This document shows, piece by piece, positions 19,843 to 30,993 of a stretch of DNA of 64,000 nt. Position numbers and translations under genes: made by a program. The notes below the pieces were generated by a model. That model saw nothing but the letters and a program-made list of their open reading frames with translations. It was not told where the DNA came from and did no database searches. Within the stretch, counting starts at the first letter, position 1; each line of letters opens with the position of its first letter. This DNA is from Spirochaetia bacterium (GTDB lineage Bacteria > Spirochaetota > Spirochaetia > SZUA-6 > Bin103), in contig CBDBDQ010000005.1 of NCBI GenBank assembly GCA_965203905.1, positions 4,576,001 through 4,640,000 on the forward strand, in the 5' to 3' direction.

Positions 19843-20991
19843 CTAACGGCCACGGATGCCGGCCTGCTCGAGATCTTGGTGGCCGGCGCGCAGGTCCTCC
19901 AGGTAGTGAGTCAGCTCCTGCGCCTTGTCGCGCAGCGATAGCAACGCGTCGGATTCTCCCGTTGGGGCGGCGCGCAGGCGCGGGATATCGAGCGAGAGCT
20001 GCTGCAGCGCGAGCACCGCGGACTTTGCGCGCAGGTCGATCATCTCCATCCGTTCCTGCAGGTCCTGCAATGTCCTGAGCTGCCCCTCGTACTGTTGCAC
20101 CGCGGTCTGATATTCGCGTCGCAGTTCCGGGGAGCTGGCTTCGTCCAGCTTTCCGCGCAGGGCGGCCAGCTCCTGGGTGACCTCCGCCGCCGACACCCGC
20201 GCCTCGGCGCGTTCCAGGTCGCGGCGTGCCTGCAGCAGGGCGCCGATGTGCTCGGTGTAGGCATCGAGTTCCGGCTGCAGGTCCGAGCGCCAGCGCTCCG
20301 CCTCCGCGCCGCCGTCCCGCAGCTCTGCCAGGATCGACTCCCGAAGTTGCGCGGCATCCGCCAGCAACGGTGCGTCGCCGAGCAGCACCTCGGGATCGTC
20401 CGCCGGAAGGGACGCGAGGTCCGCCGCCGACTCGAGATCCACCCCGTCCTGCTCCAGCTTGCGGCGCAGGCGTCTGCGCTGGGAACGAGCCTTGGCGTAG
20501 TGGATGCCCAGGGGAACGCCCAGCGCCCAGAAGATGGGGATGATCGCCCACGGCCCCTCTCTGGGTGTCAGGAGAACGTTGATTGCAATCAACAGGGCGG
20601 ACAGAGCGGTGGCCGTGGTCAGGTGGTGCCACAGGCGGCGGCGAGCGGTGAACAGCTTGCGCACGCGCGCCAGTGCGCGCTTGGTCAGCGGCGGAAGGGC
20701 CGCTGCATCACGAGCCTCCCGCGTCCGCACACGCGCTTCGGTGAAGTGGTGCAGCAACCCGATGCCCCAGGCGCCGAGCGGGAATAGGAACCACAGAAAG
20801 TCGGGCGACGTGAGAAGGTTGATCACCAGGTACAGAGGGTTGACGACTGCGTAGGTAAGGAAGTGCACGGTGAGACCGGATCGGGCGCTCTCCGCCCGCG
20901 CGCGGCAACTGCGTACGAAGCGAGCCAGCCGCTGCCGTAGCGAGCCCTTCGCCGCAGGGCGCTCGTCCCGCTCGGATGGTTGCCTCCCCAT
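19843..20991 (-). CDS. Double 2TM-domain membrane protein with C-terminal coiled coil (copy 2)
   Basis: Paralogue of 18498-19643 at offset 1345; C-terminal third almost identical. Confidence 0.8.
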   Translation of the reverse strand: MGRQPSERDERPAAKGSLRQRLARFVRSCRARAESARSGLTVHFLTYAVVNPLYLVINLLTSPDFLWFLFPLGAWGIGLLHHFTEARVRTREARDAAALPPLTKRALARVRKLFTARRRLWHHLTTATALSALLIAINVLLTPREGPWAIIPIFWALGVPLGIHYAKARSQRRRLRRKLEQDGVDLESAADLASLPADDPEVLLGDAPLLADAAQLRESILAELRDGGAEAERWRSDLQPELDAYTEHIGALLQARRDLERAEARVSAAEVTQELAALRGKLDEASSPELRREYQTAVQQYEGQLRTLQDLQERMEMIDLRAKSAVLALQQLSLDIPRLRAAPTGESDALLSLRDKAQELTHYLEDLRAGHQDLEQAGIRGR

Positions 20992-21163
20992 GGTTCGTAT
21001 CGTCATCATACTAGCTTGTGACGAGGCGCTCCAAGCGACGCGTTCTGCCGGCGTTGCCGGGACCGGCGTATGACTGCCGCACCGAGCCATCGGCGGCCTC
21101 GCTCTCCTGCGGTCGGGGAGCGGCGACCGTCGTCGGTCAGGTCGCGTTCCGAGAGTTGCCGCG

Positions 21164-22096
21164 ATGATGGCGTGGGGCATCTTCATCGCCTTCGCTCACG
21201 CGGTGTGCTGGAGCGTCACCAGCATCCTGTTACGCCATCTTTCGCAGCGGCTGGACCCGTTCGTGCTCAACGGGCTGCGCGCGCTGCTGGGGGCAGCGGT
21301 GATCGTGGCCTGGTTCCTGGCAGCCGGCGCCCCCGGTGCGGCTGGCTTCACCCCCACGCGGCTGCTGCTGCTGGTGGCCGCCATCGCGGTGGGAGGCCTG
21401 ATCGGGGACACCTGCAGCGTGGTGGCGTTGCGCCTGGTGGGCGTGGCGCGCACTGTCCCGGTGACCTGCAGCTTTCCCATCTTCACCATGGCGTTCGCGT
21501 TCCTGCTCTGGGGGCAGGCGCCGGCACCGCTGGCGATTCTCGGCGCCCTCCTGGTGGTTGCAGCCGGCGCGGTGCTGTCGCTGCCGGAGCGGCGTCCGGC
21601 GCCCGGGCGGCCATCGACACCGGGTACGGCGCAGCGGCTCCCCGCCGTCGCGCGGCGTCAGCGCAAGCTCGGGTTGCTGCTGGCCACCGTCACGGCGGCC
21701 GTGTGGGGGCTGGAGGTTATTCTGACCGCCACCGCCGCCCAAGGCCTGACGACCCTGGCCGTGAATGCCGTGCGCGTGCCGATTGCGGCATTGCTGTCGC
21801 TCAGCGTGGCGTTGCGGCGTCCGGGCTCGCTCGAGGTGGCCGAACGGGTGCTGCGCGACCGCCGCACGCGGTGGTTGCTGATCCTGGGCGGGCTGCTGGG
21901 CTGGGTGGTGGTCGGCACGCTCTACGTGGAGTCGATCAAGCTGGTGGGCGCCACCTTCACGGCCATCATCGGCGCCACTGCGCCGCTGTACGCCGCACCG
22001 CTGAGTGCGCTGTTCCTCCGTGAACCGCCGAGCCGGCTCACCCTGGTCGGGACCGTCCTGGCCGTGGCCGGGGTAATCCTTGTACTCGTCGCCTGA
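21164..22096 (+). CDS. DMT/EamA family transporter
   Basis: Two internally repeated five-helix halves; LFLREP...LVG..L...GV end motif. Confidence 0.88.
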   Translation: MMAWGIFIAFAHAVCWSVTSILLRHLSQRLDPFVLNGLRALLGAAVIVAWFLAAGAPGAAGFTPTRLLLLVAAIAVGGLIGDTCSVVALRLVGVARTVPVTCSFPIFTMAFAFLLWGQAPAPLAILGALLVVAAGAVLSLPERRPAPGRPSTPGTAQRLPAVARRQRKLGLLLATVTAAVWGLEVILTATAAQGLTTLAVNAVRVPIAALLSLSVALRRPGSLEVAERVLRDRRTRWLLILGGLLGWVVVGTLYVESIKLVGATFTAIIGATAPLYAAPLSALFLREPPSRLTLVGTVLAVAGVILVLVA

Positions 22097-22144
22097 GCGA
22101 CCGCCCCCACGCGACAGCACCGCTGTCACGCGGCACGGCGACTT

Positions 22145-22722
22145 TCAGACCTGGGTTGCCGTCGAAGAGGCGATGCCGTTACCGGTCCCGGCGAGCTGGC
22201 GGTAACCGGCCTGGAGGTCGTCGACATAGGCACTGAGCTCGCGTGCGCGGTCGCGTAACGCAGTGTGCGGGAGCGGCTCGCCGACACTCTTCATGCGTGA
22301 GACATCGAGCGATATCTGCTGCAGTGCCGAGACGGCGGCCTTCGCCTGCAGGTCGATTGTTTCATTTCGTTCTTCCAGGTCCCGCAACGAGTGCAGTTGC
22401 CGCTGGTACTGGTCGATGGCCTGCCGGCAGTGGCGCTTGAGGTCTTCCGACGGGGCATATTCCAGCGTCGCGCCTCCGGGCGCGCATGCCGAGGTAGTAG
22501 TGGAGCAGGCTCAGGCCTCCGCCGCTGACCGGGATTCAGGGACCAGAGAAGGTCGGGAGACGCCATGGCGTTGAGCGGCACCAGCGCGCCCAATGGGATG
22601 ATGAGCGCCGGAGCGTAGGTGGAGAACCGAGAATCCGCCTTCTCGGCGCTCTCCCGGGTGGTGCGCTGGAGCGCACGAGTGAGACGAAAGCGCGGCGTCG
22701 CCTGGTGCCGCGGGGCAGCCAT
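22145..22722 (-). pseudogene. Decayed third copy of the 2TM/coiled-coil gene
   Basis: N-terminal RLTRALQRTTRESAEKA and SPDLLWSL, and in another frame QYQRQLHSLRDLEERNETIDLQAKAAVSALQQISLDV, match the intact copies. About half the length is deleted. Confidence 0.75.
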
Positions 22723-22727
22723 GGTTG

Positions 22728-23402
22728 TCAGGAACGTTCCGTATTGAGCGTGGCGGTGGCGAACACCACGTGGAACGGTTTGCAGTAGATCACCACGCTG
22801 GCGTAACGGGCCACCTCCGTGTCCTCCGGTATCTCGTAGTTCTGGTCGCCCACGTTGCCCTTCAGCGGTCCCAGCTCGATGTAGTCGCCGAGGTCGTGGC
22901 GATTCGTGGGCAGGGGCTCGGTGGCCAGCAGGACGCGCAGGTCGGGACCGTTGGTGACCTTGAACTCCTCGAAGCGCAGCACTTGGCCGACAGCCGGAAT
23001 GTCGTACAGCTTGGCCTTGCCGCTGCCCTTGTGGAACCGGTCGGCGTCGCGAAACTCGCCGCTCGCCAGCAGTTGCGGCGCGCCCGGCATCGCCTCCACC
23101 ATCTCCTTGTCCGGCATCGCCGCCGCGAACTGCTCCACCTGCTTGCGGATGCGCTCGCGCACGCCGTCCGGCATCTCGTCCATCTCGTCCGGGGAGGGCA
23201 GGGCGTCCATGATGGTGCGTTCCATGGCGTCCATCTCCGCCGCCGACATCTCCTTCATCTCCGCCGCGCTCGGGATCTGGACCGGGAACGCCTCGCTGAC
23301 CATCCGATTGATGAACAGCGGCGAGGCCAGGTACCAGCCGACGACCACCACTACCGCGGCCCCTGCCGCAATCGCTCCATAGAGCAGTACGCGCTTGTTC
23401 AT
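22728..23402 (-). CDS. DM13-domain membrane-anchored protein
   Basis: WYLASPLFI after the TM anchor; H.GSG.A, NGPDL.V.L, LKGN.GDQNY.IP, VVIYCKPF.V.FA.A. Confidence 0.9.
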   Translation of the reverse strand: MNKRVLLYGAIAAGAAVVVVVGWYLASPLFINRMVSEAFPVQIPSAAEMKEMSAAEMDAMERTIMDALPSPDEMDEMPDGVRERIRKQVEQFAAAMPDKEMVEAMPGAPQLLASGEFRDADRFHKGSGKAKLYDIPAVGQVLRFEEFKVTNGPDLRVLLATEPLPTNRHDLGDYIELGPLKGNVGDQNYEIPEDTEVARYASVVIYCKPFHVVFATATLNTERS

Positions 23403-23502
23403 GTACTAGATTGTACTGCTTTCACGGCTGTCGCGCGCGCTTCGCGGTTTACTTTCGTGGGCGCCGACCGTAGTTCGGGGGACTGCCCCCGGACGGGTGG
23501 GG

Positions 23503-24318
23503 CTAGCGGGAGAAGGGGCCGTACCGCTCGGGGGTGTCCTCGTCCGGCCGGTACACGGACCGCCCGCCGGACAGGAACGGCACCGCCATGCCCCACAGCT
23601 CGCCCGCGCCGCCGCGGATCGGCGCCCTGCTGTACTGCGGCAGGTACACGCGGCGCATCCCGGCGCTGGTGTTGGGCCCGCTGCGGTGCAGGTTGTAGCT
23701 GCTGAACGCCGCGATGCTGCCCGCCGGGGCGATCACCGGCTCGCCCGGATCGTCGCCGTTGTAGCCGACCAGGTCGTTGCTGCCCTCCTCGTGGCGGTGG
23801 TCGTAGATGGTGCGGCGGGTGCCGCCGCGGGAGTGCGGCAGCACGTATGCGGTGCCGTTGGCCTCGTCCACGTCGTCGAGGGTGCACCAGCAGGTCAGGT
23901 AGGGCGGGTGAATGGCACTCGGGTCACGGGTTCTGACGTAGCCGGAATCCTGGTGCCAGGAGAACTTCATGCCCTGTTCCGGCCCTTTGACCACCCACTG
24001 CTCGTTGAACAGGAACACCTCGTCGCCGAGCAGGCGGCGCGTAACCTCCGTCATCAGCTCGCCGAACAGGAAGCTGCGCATGCGGCGGCTGGAGCGGTAG
24101 CGGTTGGCGATGAAGTAGCGGCTGCCGCGGTGGGTGATGCCGATGGTGGAGACTCCCTGCTCGTCCATCACCGCGTCGATGTAGCCCAGAAAGTAGGAGC
24201 ACTCCTCGCGCAGCATGGTCACCGTCTCCGAATCGATTACGCCTTCGAGTATGCACAGGCCTTCTTCGTGAAACTGCTCGCGCTGGGCGTCGCTCACCAC
24301 CGAACTGCCGTTGTTCAT
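23503..24318 (-). CDS. Phytanoyl-CoA dioxygenase (PhyH) family Fe/2OG oxygenase
   Basis: WHQD...LHRSGPN.S..MRR: facial triad and 2OG arginine. Confidence 0.9.
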   Translation of the reverse strand: MNNGSSVVSDAQREQFHEEGLCILEGVIDSETVTMLREECSYFLGYIDAVMDEQGVSTIGITHRGSRYFIANRYRSSRRMRSFLFGELMTEVTRRLLGDEVFLFNEQWVVKGPEQGMKFSWHQDSGYVRTRDPSAIHPPYLTCWCTLDDVDEANGTAYVLPHSRGGTRRTIYDHRHEEGSNDLVGYNGDDPGEPVIAPAGSIAAFSSYNLHRSGPNTSAGMRRVYLPQYSRAPIRGGAGELWGMAVPFLSGGRSVYRPDEDTPERYGPFSR

Positions 24319-24335
24319 CTGTCGTAGCTCCCTGC

Positions 24336-25493
24336 TCAGTCGTAGGTCTTGATGCCGGTGCGGTGGGCGGCGACCCAGTCCCAGTTGATCTGGGCGCCGA
24401 GCCCGGGCGCCTGCCCCACCGGCACGTGGCCGCGCTCGTCGATGGCGTCCAGGGCGTCGCGGTGGTCCAGGTACAGTTCGGTGGCGTGCGATGGCGGCGC
24501 CTTGGGACCCAGCAGTCCCATCTCGTAGTAGTTGGTGTTGCGGATCGCGGCCATGCACTGGCGCGCGGCCGGGCTCGGGCCGTGGAACTCGATGTCGATG
24601 CCCAGCGCCTCGGCGGCGTGCGCCAGCTTCATCACCCCGGTGATGCCGTCGTAGCCGATGTCGCCGCGCACGTAGTCGGTGGCGTCGGCGATCACGAAGT
24701 CGATATGCGGCTCCAGCGAGCGCACGTGCTCGGTCTGCAGCAGCGGCGTCCTGATCAACTGGCGCAGCTTGCGGTGCGCGAACTGGGAGATGCCGCCGTC
24801 GCGGAACGGGTCCTCGTACCAGAAGAACTGCGCCGCGTCGCAGGCGCGTCCCACCTTGACGGCATCGCCGAAGGTGCGCAGCTCGCAGGCGGGATCGAGC
24901 ATCAGGTCCATGTCGCCGACCGCCTCCCGCACCGCCAGCACGTTGGCCACCTCGCGTGCTACCGGCGCCTTGCTCCAGCCGTGGATCTTGAACGCCGGGT
25001 AGCCCATCTCCCGGCACTGCACGGCGAATTCCGCGTACGCCTCGGGACTGTCCAGGCCGCCGGCCTCGTCGCCGTGATAGGTGCTGGCGTAGCAGGGCAC
25101 CGACTCCTTGTGGCCCCCGAGCAGGCGGTGGATCGGCACCTCGAACAGCTTGCCGGCGATGTCCCACAACGCGTTATCGATCGGCGCCACGCCGATGCGC
25201 GCGCTCTGCCGCAGGGCGCGCTTGATGTCGTCGTAGATCTTTTCCCGGTGCAGGACGCTCTTGCCCTTGAGGTAGTGCCAGAACTGGGGCAGGGTGGACA
25301 GCTCGGAGCCGCGGCCGGCCAGGCACTCGCCGACCGGACCGGTATCGGTGAACAGGCGCAGGATCTGGCCTCCGGCCTGCAGCCGGCCGCCCGGCTCGTA
25401 CACCATGTTGAAGCCGTCCTCGTCGTGCCCCATGTCCGGGATTTCGTGGCGGAACTCGTGAATCTCGATCTTGGTGATCTTGGGATCGGTCAT
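24336..25493 (-). CDS. Mandelate racemase/enolase superfamily enzyme
   Basis: DNALWDIAGK, KIH, metal ligands in MLDP, WYEDP, QTEH. Confidence 0.9.
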   Translation of the reverse strand: MTDPKITKIEIHEFRHEIPDMGHDEDGFNMVYEPGGRLQAGGQILRLFTDTGPVGECLAGRGSELSTLPQFWHYLKGKSVLHREKIYDDIKRALRQSARIGVAPIDNALWDIAGKLFEVPIHRLLGGHKESVPCYASTYHGDEAGGLDSPEAYAEFAVQCREMGYPAFKIHGWSKAPVAREVANVLAVREAVGDMDLMLDPACELRTFGDAVKVGRACDAAQFFWYEDPFRDGGISQFAHRKLRQLIRTPLLQTEHVRSLEPHIDFVIADATDYVRGDIGYDGITGVMKLAHAAEALGIDIEFHGPSPAARQCMAAIRNTNYYEMGLLGPKAPPSHATELYLDHRDALDAIDERGHVPVGQAPGLGAQINWDWVAAHRTGIKTYD

Positions 25494-25628
25494 GCGCAGT
25501 TGCTCTGCGCGCCACCTTGGTGCCGGCCGCCGGCCGTTGTCAACCGGTCGGTGGCGTCGGACCTCTCCCGGCAGCGGTCGCGAAGCGTCGGATTCGTGGT
25601 ACGGTTCAGCCATGAAGGAGCGTTGCGG

Positions 25629-26990
25629 GTGAATCTGGCGCGGGGACTGGAGCGACGCGCGGCCGAGGGGCGGCCGGTGCGGATCGGACTGATCGGCGCC
25701 GGCAAGTTCGGCTCGATGTTTCTGGCGCAGGCCCGGCGGACGCCCGGCATGCACGTGGTGGCGATCGCCGACCGCGACGTTCCCAAGGTGCGCGGGTTGC
25801 TGGCGGCGGCAGGGTGGGAGCCGGAGCAGTTCGCGGCATCGTCGCCGGTGGCCGCGCGGGACAGCGGGCGCACCCACCTGGGTGAGGACGGCGAGCGGGT
25901 GATCGCCACCGACGGCATCGAGGTGCTGGTGGAGGCCACCGGCGACCCGCGCACCGGGTTGCGGCACGCGACGGCGGCGATCGCGGCAGGCCGTCACGTG
26001 GTGATGGTCACGGTAGAGGCGGACGTGATCGCCGGCCCGCTGCTGGCGGAGCGGGCGGCCGCCGCGGGCGTGGTGTACAGCCTGGCCTACGGCGATCAGC
26101 CGGCGCTGATCTGCGAGCAGGTGGACTGGGCGCGCAGCGCCGGCTTTCGGGTAACCGCGGCCGGCAAGGGAACCCGCTACCATCCGTCCTTCCACCAGTC
26201 AACTCCCGACACAGTATGGAGTAATTTCGGGATCGATCCCGATGTAGCTACACGTGGTCACATGGATCCCAAGATGTTCAACAGCTTTATCGACGGCAGC
26301 AAGTCGGCCATCGAGATGACCGCCGTGTGCAACGCCACGGGGCTCGTGCCGCAGCCGGAGGGGCTGAGCTTTCCGCCGGTGGCGCGGAACGAACTGGCCC
26401 ACCACCTGCGGCCGCGCGCGGCAGGTGGCGTGCTGGCGCTGGAGCCGGGCGCCACCGGTGTTACCGAGGTAGTCTCCAGTCTGCACCGCGACGGCAGCGA
26501 GGTGGCGCACGACTTGCGCATGGGCACCTACGTGGTGGTGGACGCGGGCCAGGAGTACGTCGCGCAGTGCATCCGCGAGTATGGCTTCCAGGCCGATGCC
26601 GCAGGCGCCTACCTGGCGCTGTACCGGCCCGAGCACCTGATAGGACTGGAGCTGGGCGTGTCGATTGCCTCGGTCGCCGTGCGCGGCGAGCCTACCGGTG
26701 CGGCAACCGGGTTCCGCTCCGACGTGGTGGCGGTGGCCAAGCGCGACCTGGCGGCGGGCGAGGAGCTGGACGGCGAGGGCGGCTACACCGTCTGGGGCAA
26801 GCAGCTTCCGGCCGCGCGCTCCCTGGAGCTTGGAGCACTGCCCCTTGGTCTGGCGCAGGGCGTCAGGATGCTCCGTGCGGTGGCCGCGGGAGGGGTGCTG
26901 CGCTGGGACGACGTGACCATCGACGAGGAGGATCCGGCTGTGTCCTTGCGGCGTGCCATGGAGCGCCGCTTCGCCGCTCGCGACCATTGA
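25629..26990 (+). CDS. NAD(P)-dependent oxidoreductase with C-terminal SAF domain (homoserine dehydrogenase-like)
   Basis: GLIGAGKFG, YGDQP, AGKG, DGSKSAIEM, AKRDL.AGE.LDGEGG; AAGGAG RBS. Confidence 0.9.
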   Translation: MNLARGLERRAAEGRPVRIGLIGAGKFGSMFLAQARRTPGMHVVAIADRDVPKVRGLLAAAGWEPEQFAASSPVAARDSGRTHLGEDGERVIATDGIEVLVEATGDPRTGLRHATAAIAAGRHVVMVTVEADVIAGPLLAERAAAAGVVYSLAYGDQPALICEQVDWARSAGFRVTAAGKGTRYHPSFHQSTPDTVWSNFGIDPDVATRGHMDPKMFNSFIDGSKSAIEMTAVCNATGLVPQPEGLSFPPVARNELAHHLRPRAAGGVLALEPGATGVTEVVSSLHRDGSEVAHDLRMGTYVVVDAGQEYVAQCIREYGFQADAAGAYLALYRPEHLIGLELGVSIASVAVRGEPTGAATGFRSDVVAVAKRDLAAGEELDGEGGYTVWGKQLPAARSLELGALPLGLAQGVRMLRAVAAGGVLRWDDVTIDEEDPAVSLRRAMERRFAARDH

Positions 26991-27037
26991 AGCGGTACCG
27001 ACAGAAGCCCGTCATTGGGTTATGTTGGAGGTGGGCG

Positions 27038-27433
27038 GTGGCAGAACCCATGACCCTGAGGGACGAGGACGTCGGTCGCATCGGAGAGTACGTCAAGCCG
27101 TGGCTGCGGGAGTTGGTGGACGAGATGGTTCCACACCCGGAGCCGGTCGGCGCTCGACTGCTCGAACGCATGGTCAGAGTCGAGGAAGAGCTTCGGGCGC
27201 AGCGCACCTTGATGGACGAGCGCTTCGGGTTCATGGCCGACCGCTTCGAGGCGGTCGACAAGCGCTTCGAGGACCTGATCGGTCAGATGAATGCGCGCTT
27301 CGAGACGGTGGACCGGCGGTTCGAAGAGTCGAGAGGGCACGCCGATAGCCGTTTCAAGACGCTGGCCTTGATGATCGGTGTCGGGTTCGCCCTCGTTACC
27401 TTGTTGACCACGGTGTTCGCACTGCTCTCCTGA
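27038..27433 (+). CDS. Small coiled-coil protein with RFE.VD repeats and C-terminal TM anchor (DUF1640/CCDC90-like)
   Basis: ERFGFMADRFEAVDKRFEDL...ARFETVDRRFEE, then a hydrophobic tail; GGAGGT RBS. Confidence 0.75.
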   Translation: MAEPMTLRDEDVGRIGEYVKPWLRELVDEMVPHPEPVGARLLERMVRVEEELRAQRTLMDERFGFMADRFEAVDKRFEDLIGQMNARFETVDRRFEESRGHADSRFKTLALMIGVGFALVTLLTTVFALLS

Positions 27434-27534
27434 GCCCCCGGCTCAGCGCGACCGCCGTAGTGCACGATGCCACCCGCGTCACCTCGGCAGGCCGCACCGT
27501 GGAAGTGCCCGGCACCGGTTGCCTGCCGTTGCCG

Positions 27535-29517
<1,983 letters not shown>

Positions 29518-29613
29518 CGTAGTTGGCTCCCATCAACAATGTAGCGGCGCCAATGTTGCGCCGTCCACAGATCGGCGGTCTCCGAGCGGTTCGACCGGTG
29601 GTACCGATCTCGC

Positions 29614-30993
29614 CTATTCCGGTTCGACGGTAAGCAGGTAGAGGTCGGCGACGTTGGTGTTGGTGGGCCCGGGCTGGAACAGGGCCGCGCAGGCCTTGCA
29701 GAAGGCGTAGGAGTCGTTGTTGGCGAGCGCGGCGCGCGGATCCAGGGCGGCCGCGGCGGCCACGGCGTCGGCGTCGGCGAAGGCTCCGGCGGCGTCGGTG
29801 GGACCGTCGTTGCCGTCGGTGCCCGCGGCCAGCAGGGTGGCGCCGAGGGGCGGATCGGAGTCCGCGGCCATCTCGGCCAGGAACGCCAGCGCCAGCTCCT
29901 GGCAACGACCGCCGCGGCCGCCGCCGGTCACGGTGACGGTAGTCTCGCCGCCGGCCACCACGCAGGCGGGCAGACGCAATTCCAGGCGCCCGCTGCGCAG
30001 GTCGCGCGCCAGCGCGTAGAACACCTTGGCGATCTCGCGCGCCTCGCCGGTGAGCTGGGTGGCCAGCACCAGAGTGTCGTTGCCGGCGGCACGTGACGCT
30101 GCCGCGGCGGCCTCCACGGCGGTCCGGCCGGAGCCGAGCAGCACGTTGCGGACGCGGGCGAACGCCGGGTGGCCCACCCCGGGGGTGTCCTCGATCGCCC
30201 CCGCGACACCCGCCTCGATGACGCCGCGTACCGCGTCGGGTACCCGTCGCCACAGGTCGAAGCGGCGCAGGATCGCGGCGGCGTCGGCAAACGAGGTGAG
30301 GTCCGGCGCCGTGATGCCGGAGGCGATGGTATCGAGCCGGTCCCCGACCACGTCCGACAGAATGAGGTTGAGCGAGTGGGCCGGGTGCAGCAGCGCCGCC
30401 ATGCGCCCTCCCTTGAGGGCCGAGAGGTGCTTGCGCACGCAGTTCAGCTCCCCGATGGTGGCGCCGGCCGCCAGCAGCAGGCGCGTGGTTTCCTGCTTGT
30501 CGGCCAGGGTGACGCCTTTGGCGGGGGCCGCCAGCAGTGCCGAGCCCCCGCCCGAAACGACGCCGATCAGCAGCGTATCCGCCGTCGCGCGGCTGCACTC
30601 CGCGGCCAGCGCCCGGCCCGCCGCCGCGCTGCCCTGGTCCGGCACCGGGTGCCCGGCTTCCAGCAGGCGGGTGCGGTGCAGCCCGCCTGCGCCGCTCACG
30701 TGGCCGCGCTTGGTCACCGCGACGCCGCCGGCGAGCCGGTCGCCCAGCAGCGCCTCCACACCGCGCGCCATGGGTTCCGCCGCCTTGCCCACCCCCAGCA
30801 GCCGCACCTCGCGGAACCGCGCCAGGTCGATGCGCAGGGGGCCGTCGTCGGCATTCACCACGAGGGTATCGCCGTGCAGACGGAGGCGCGCGGCGACCAT
30901 CTCCTCCGGGTCGACGCGGCGCACGCCGGCGGCGTAGAACGCCTCCAGGGCCGCGCGCCGTCCGGCCGCCGCGGCAGGTACGGGCGGCGTCAC
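29614..30993 (-). CDS. Glycerate 2-kinase (DUF4147/MOFRL family)
   Basis: EAGHPVPD, SGGGSAL, RKHLSALKGG, GGETTV, GTDGNDG, TNTNVAD. Confidence 0.92.
   Translation of the reverse strand: MTPPVPAAAAGRRAALEAFYAAGVRRVDPEEMVAARLRLHGDTLVVNADDGPLRIDLARFREVRLLGVGKAAEPMARGVEALLGDRLAGGVAVTKRGHVSGAGGLHRTRLLEAGHPVPDQGSAAAGRALAAECSRATADTLLIGVVSGGGSALLAAPAKGVTLADKQETTRLLLAAGATIGELNCVRKHLSALKGGRMAALLHPAHSLNLILSDVVGDRLDTIASGITAPDLTSFADAAAILRRFDLWRRVPDAVRGVIEAGVAGAIEDTPGVGHPAFARVRNVLLGSGRTAVEAAAAASRAAGNDTLVLATQLTGEAREIAKVFYALARDLRSGRLELRLPACVVAGGETTVTVTGGGRGGRCQELALAFLAEMAADSDPPLGATLLAAGTDGNDGPTDAAGAFADADAVAAAAALDPRAALANNDSYAFCKACAALFQPGPTNTNVADLYLLTVEPE

Noticed and set aside
18498-20991. Near-identical repeat pair as a diversity-generating retroelement TR/VR
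   Set aside because: No reverse transcriptase in the window, both copies are full genes, and mismatches are not adenine-specific.
24363-25628. Apparent 875-aa ORF extending the SAF oxidoreductase upstream
   Set aside because: The extension is the antisense shadow of the enolase-family gene; an RBS supports a start at 25629.
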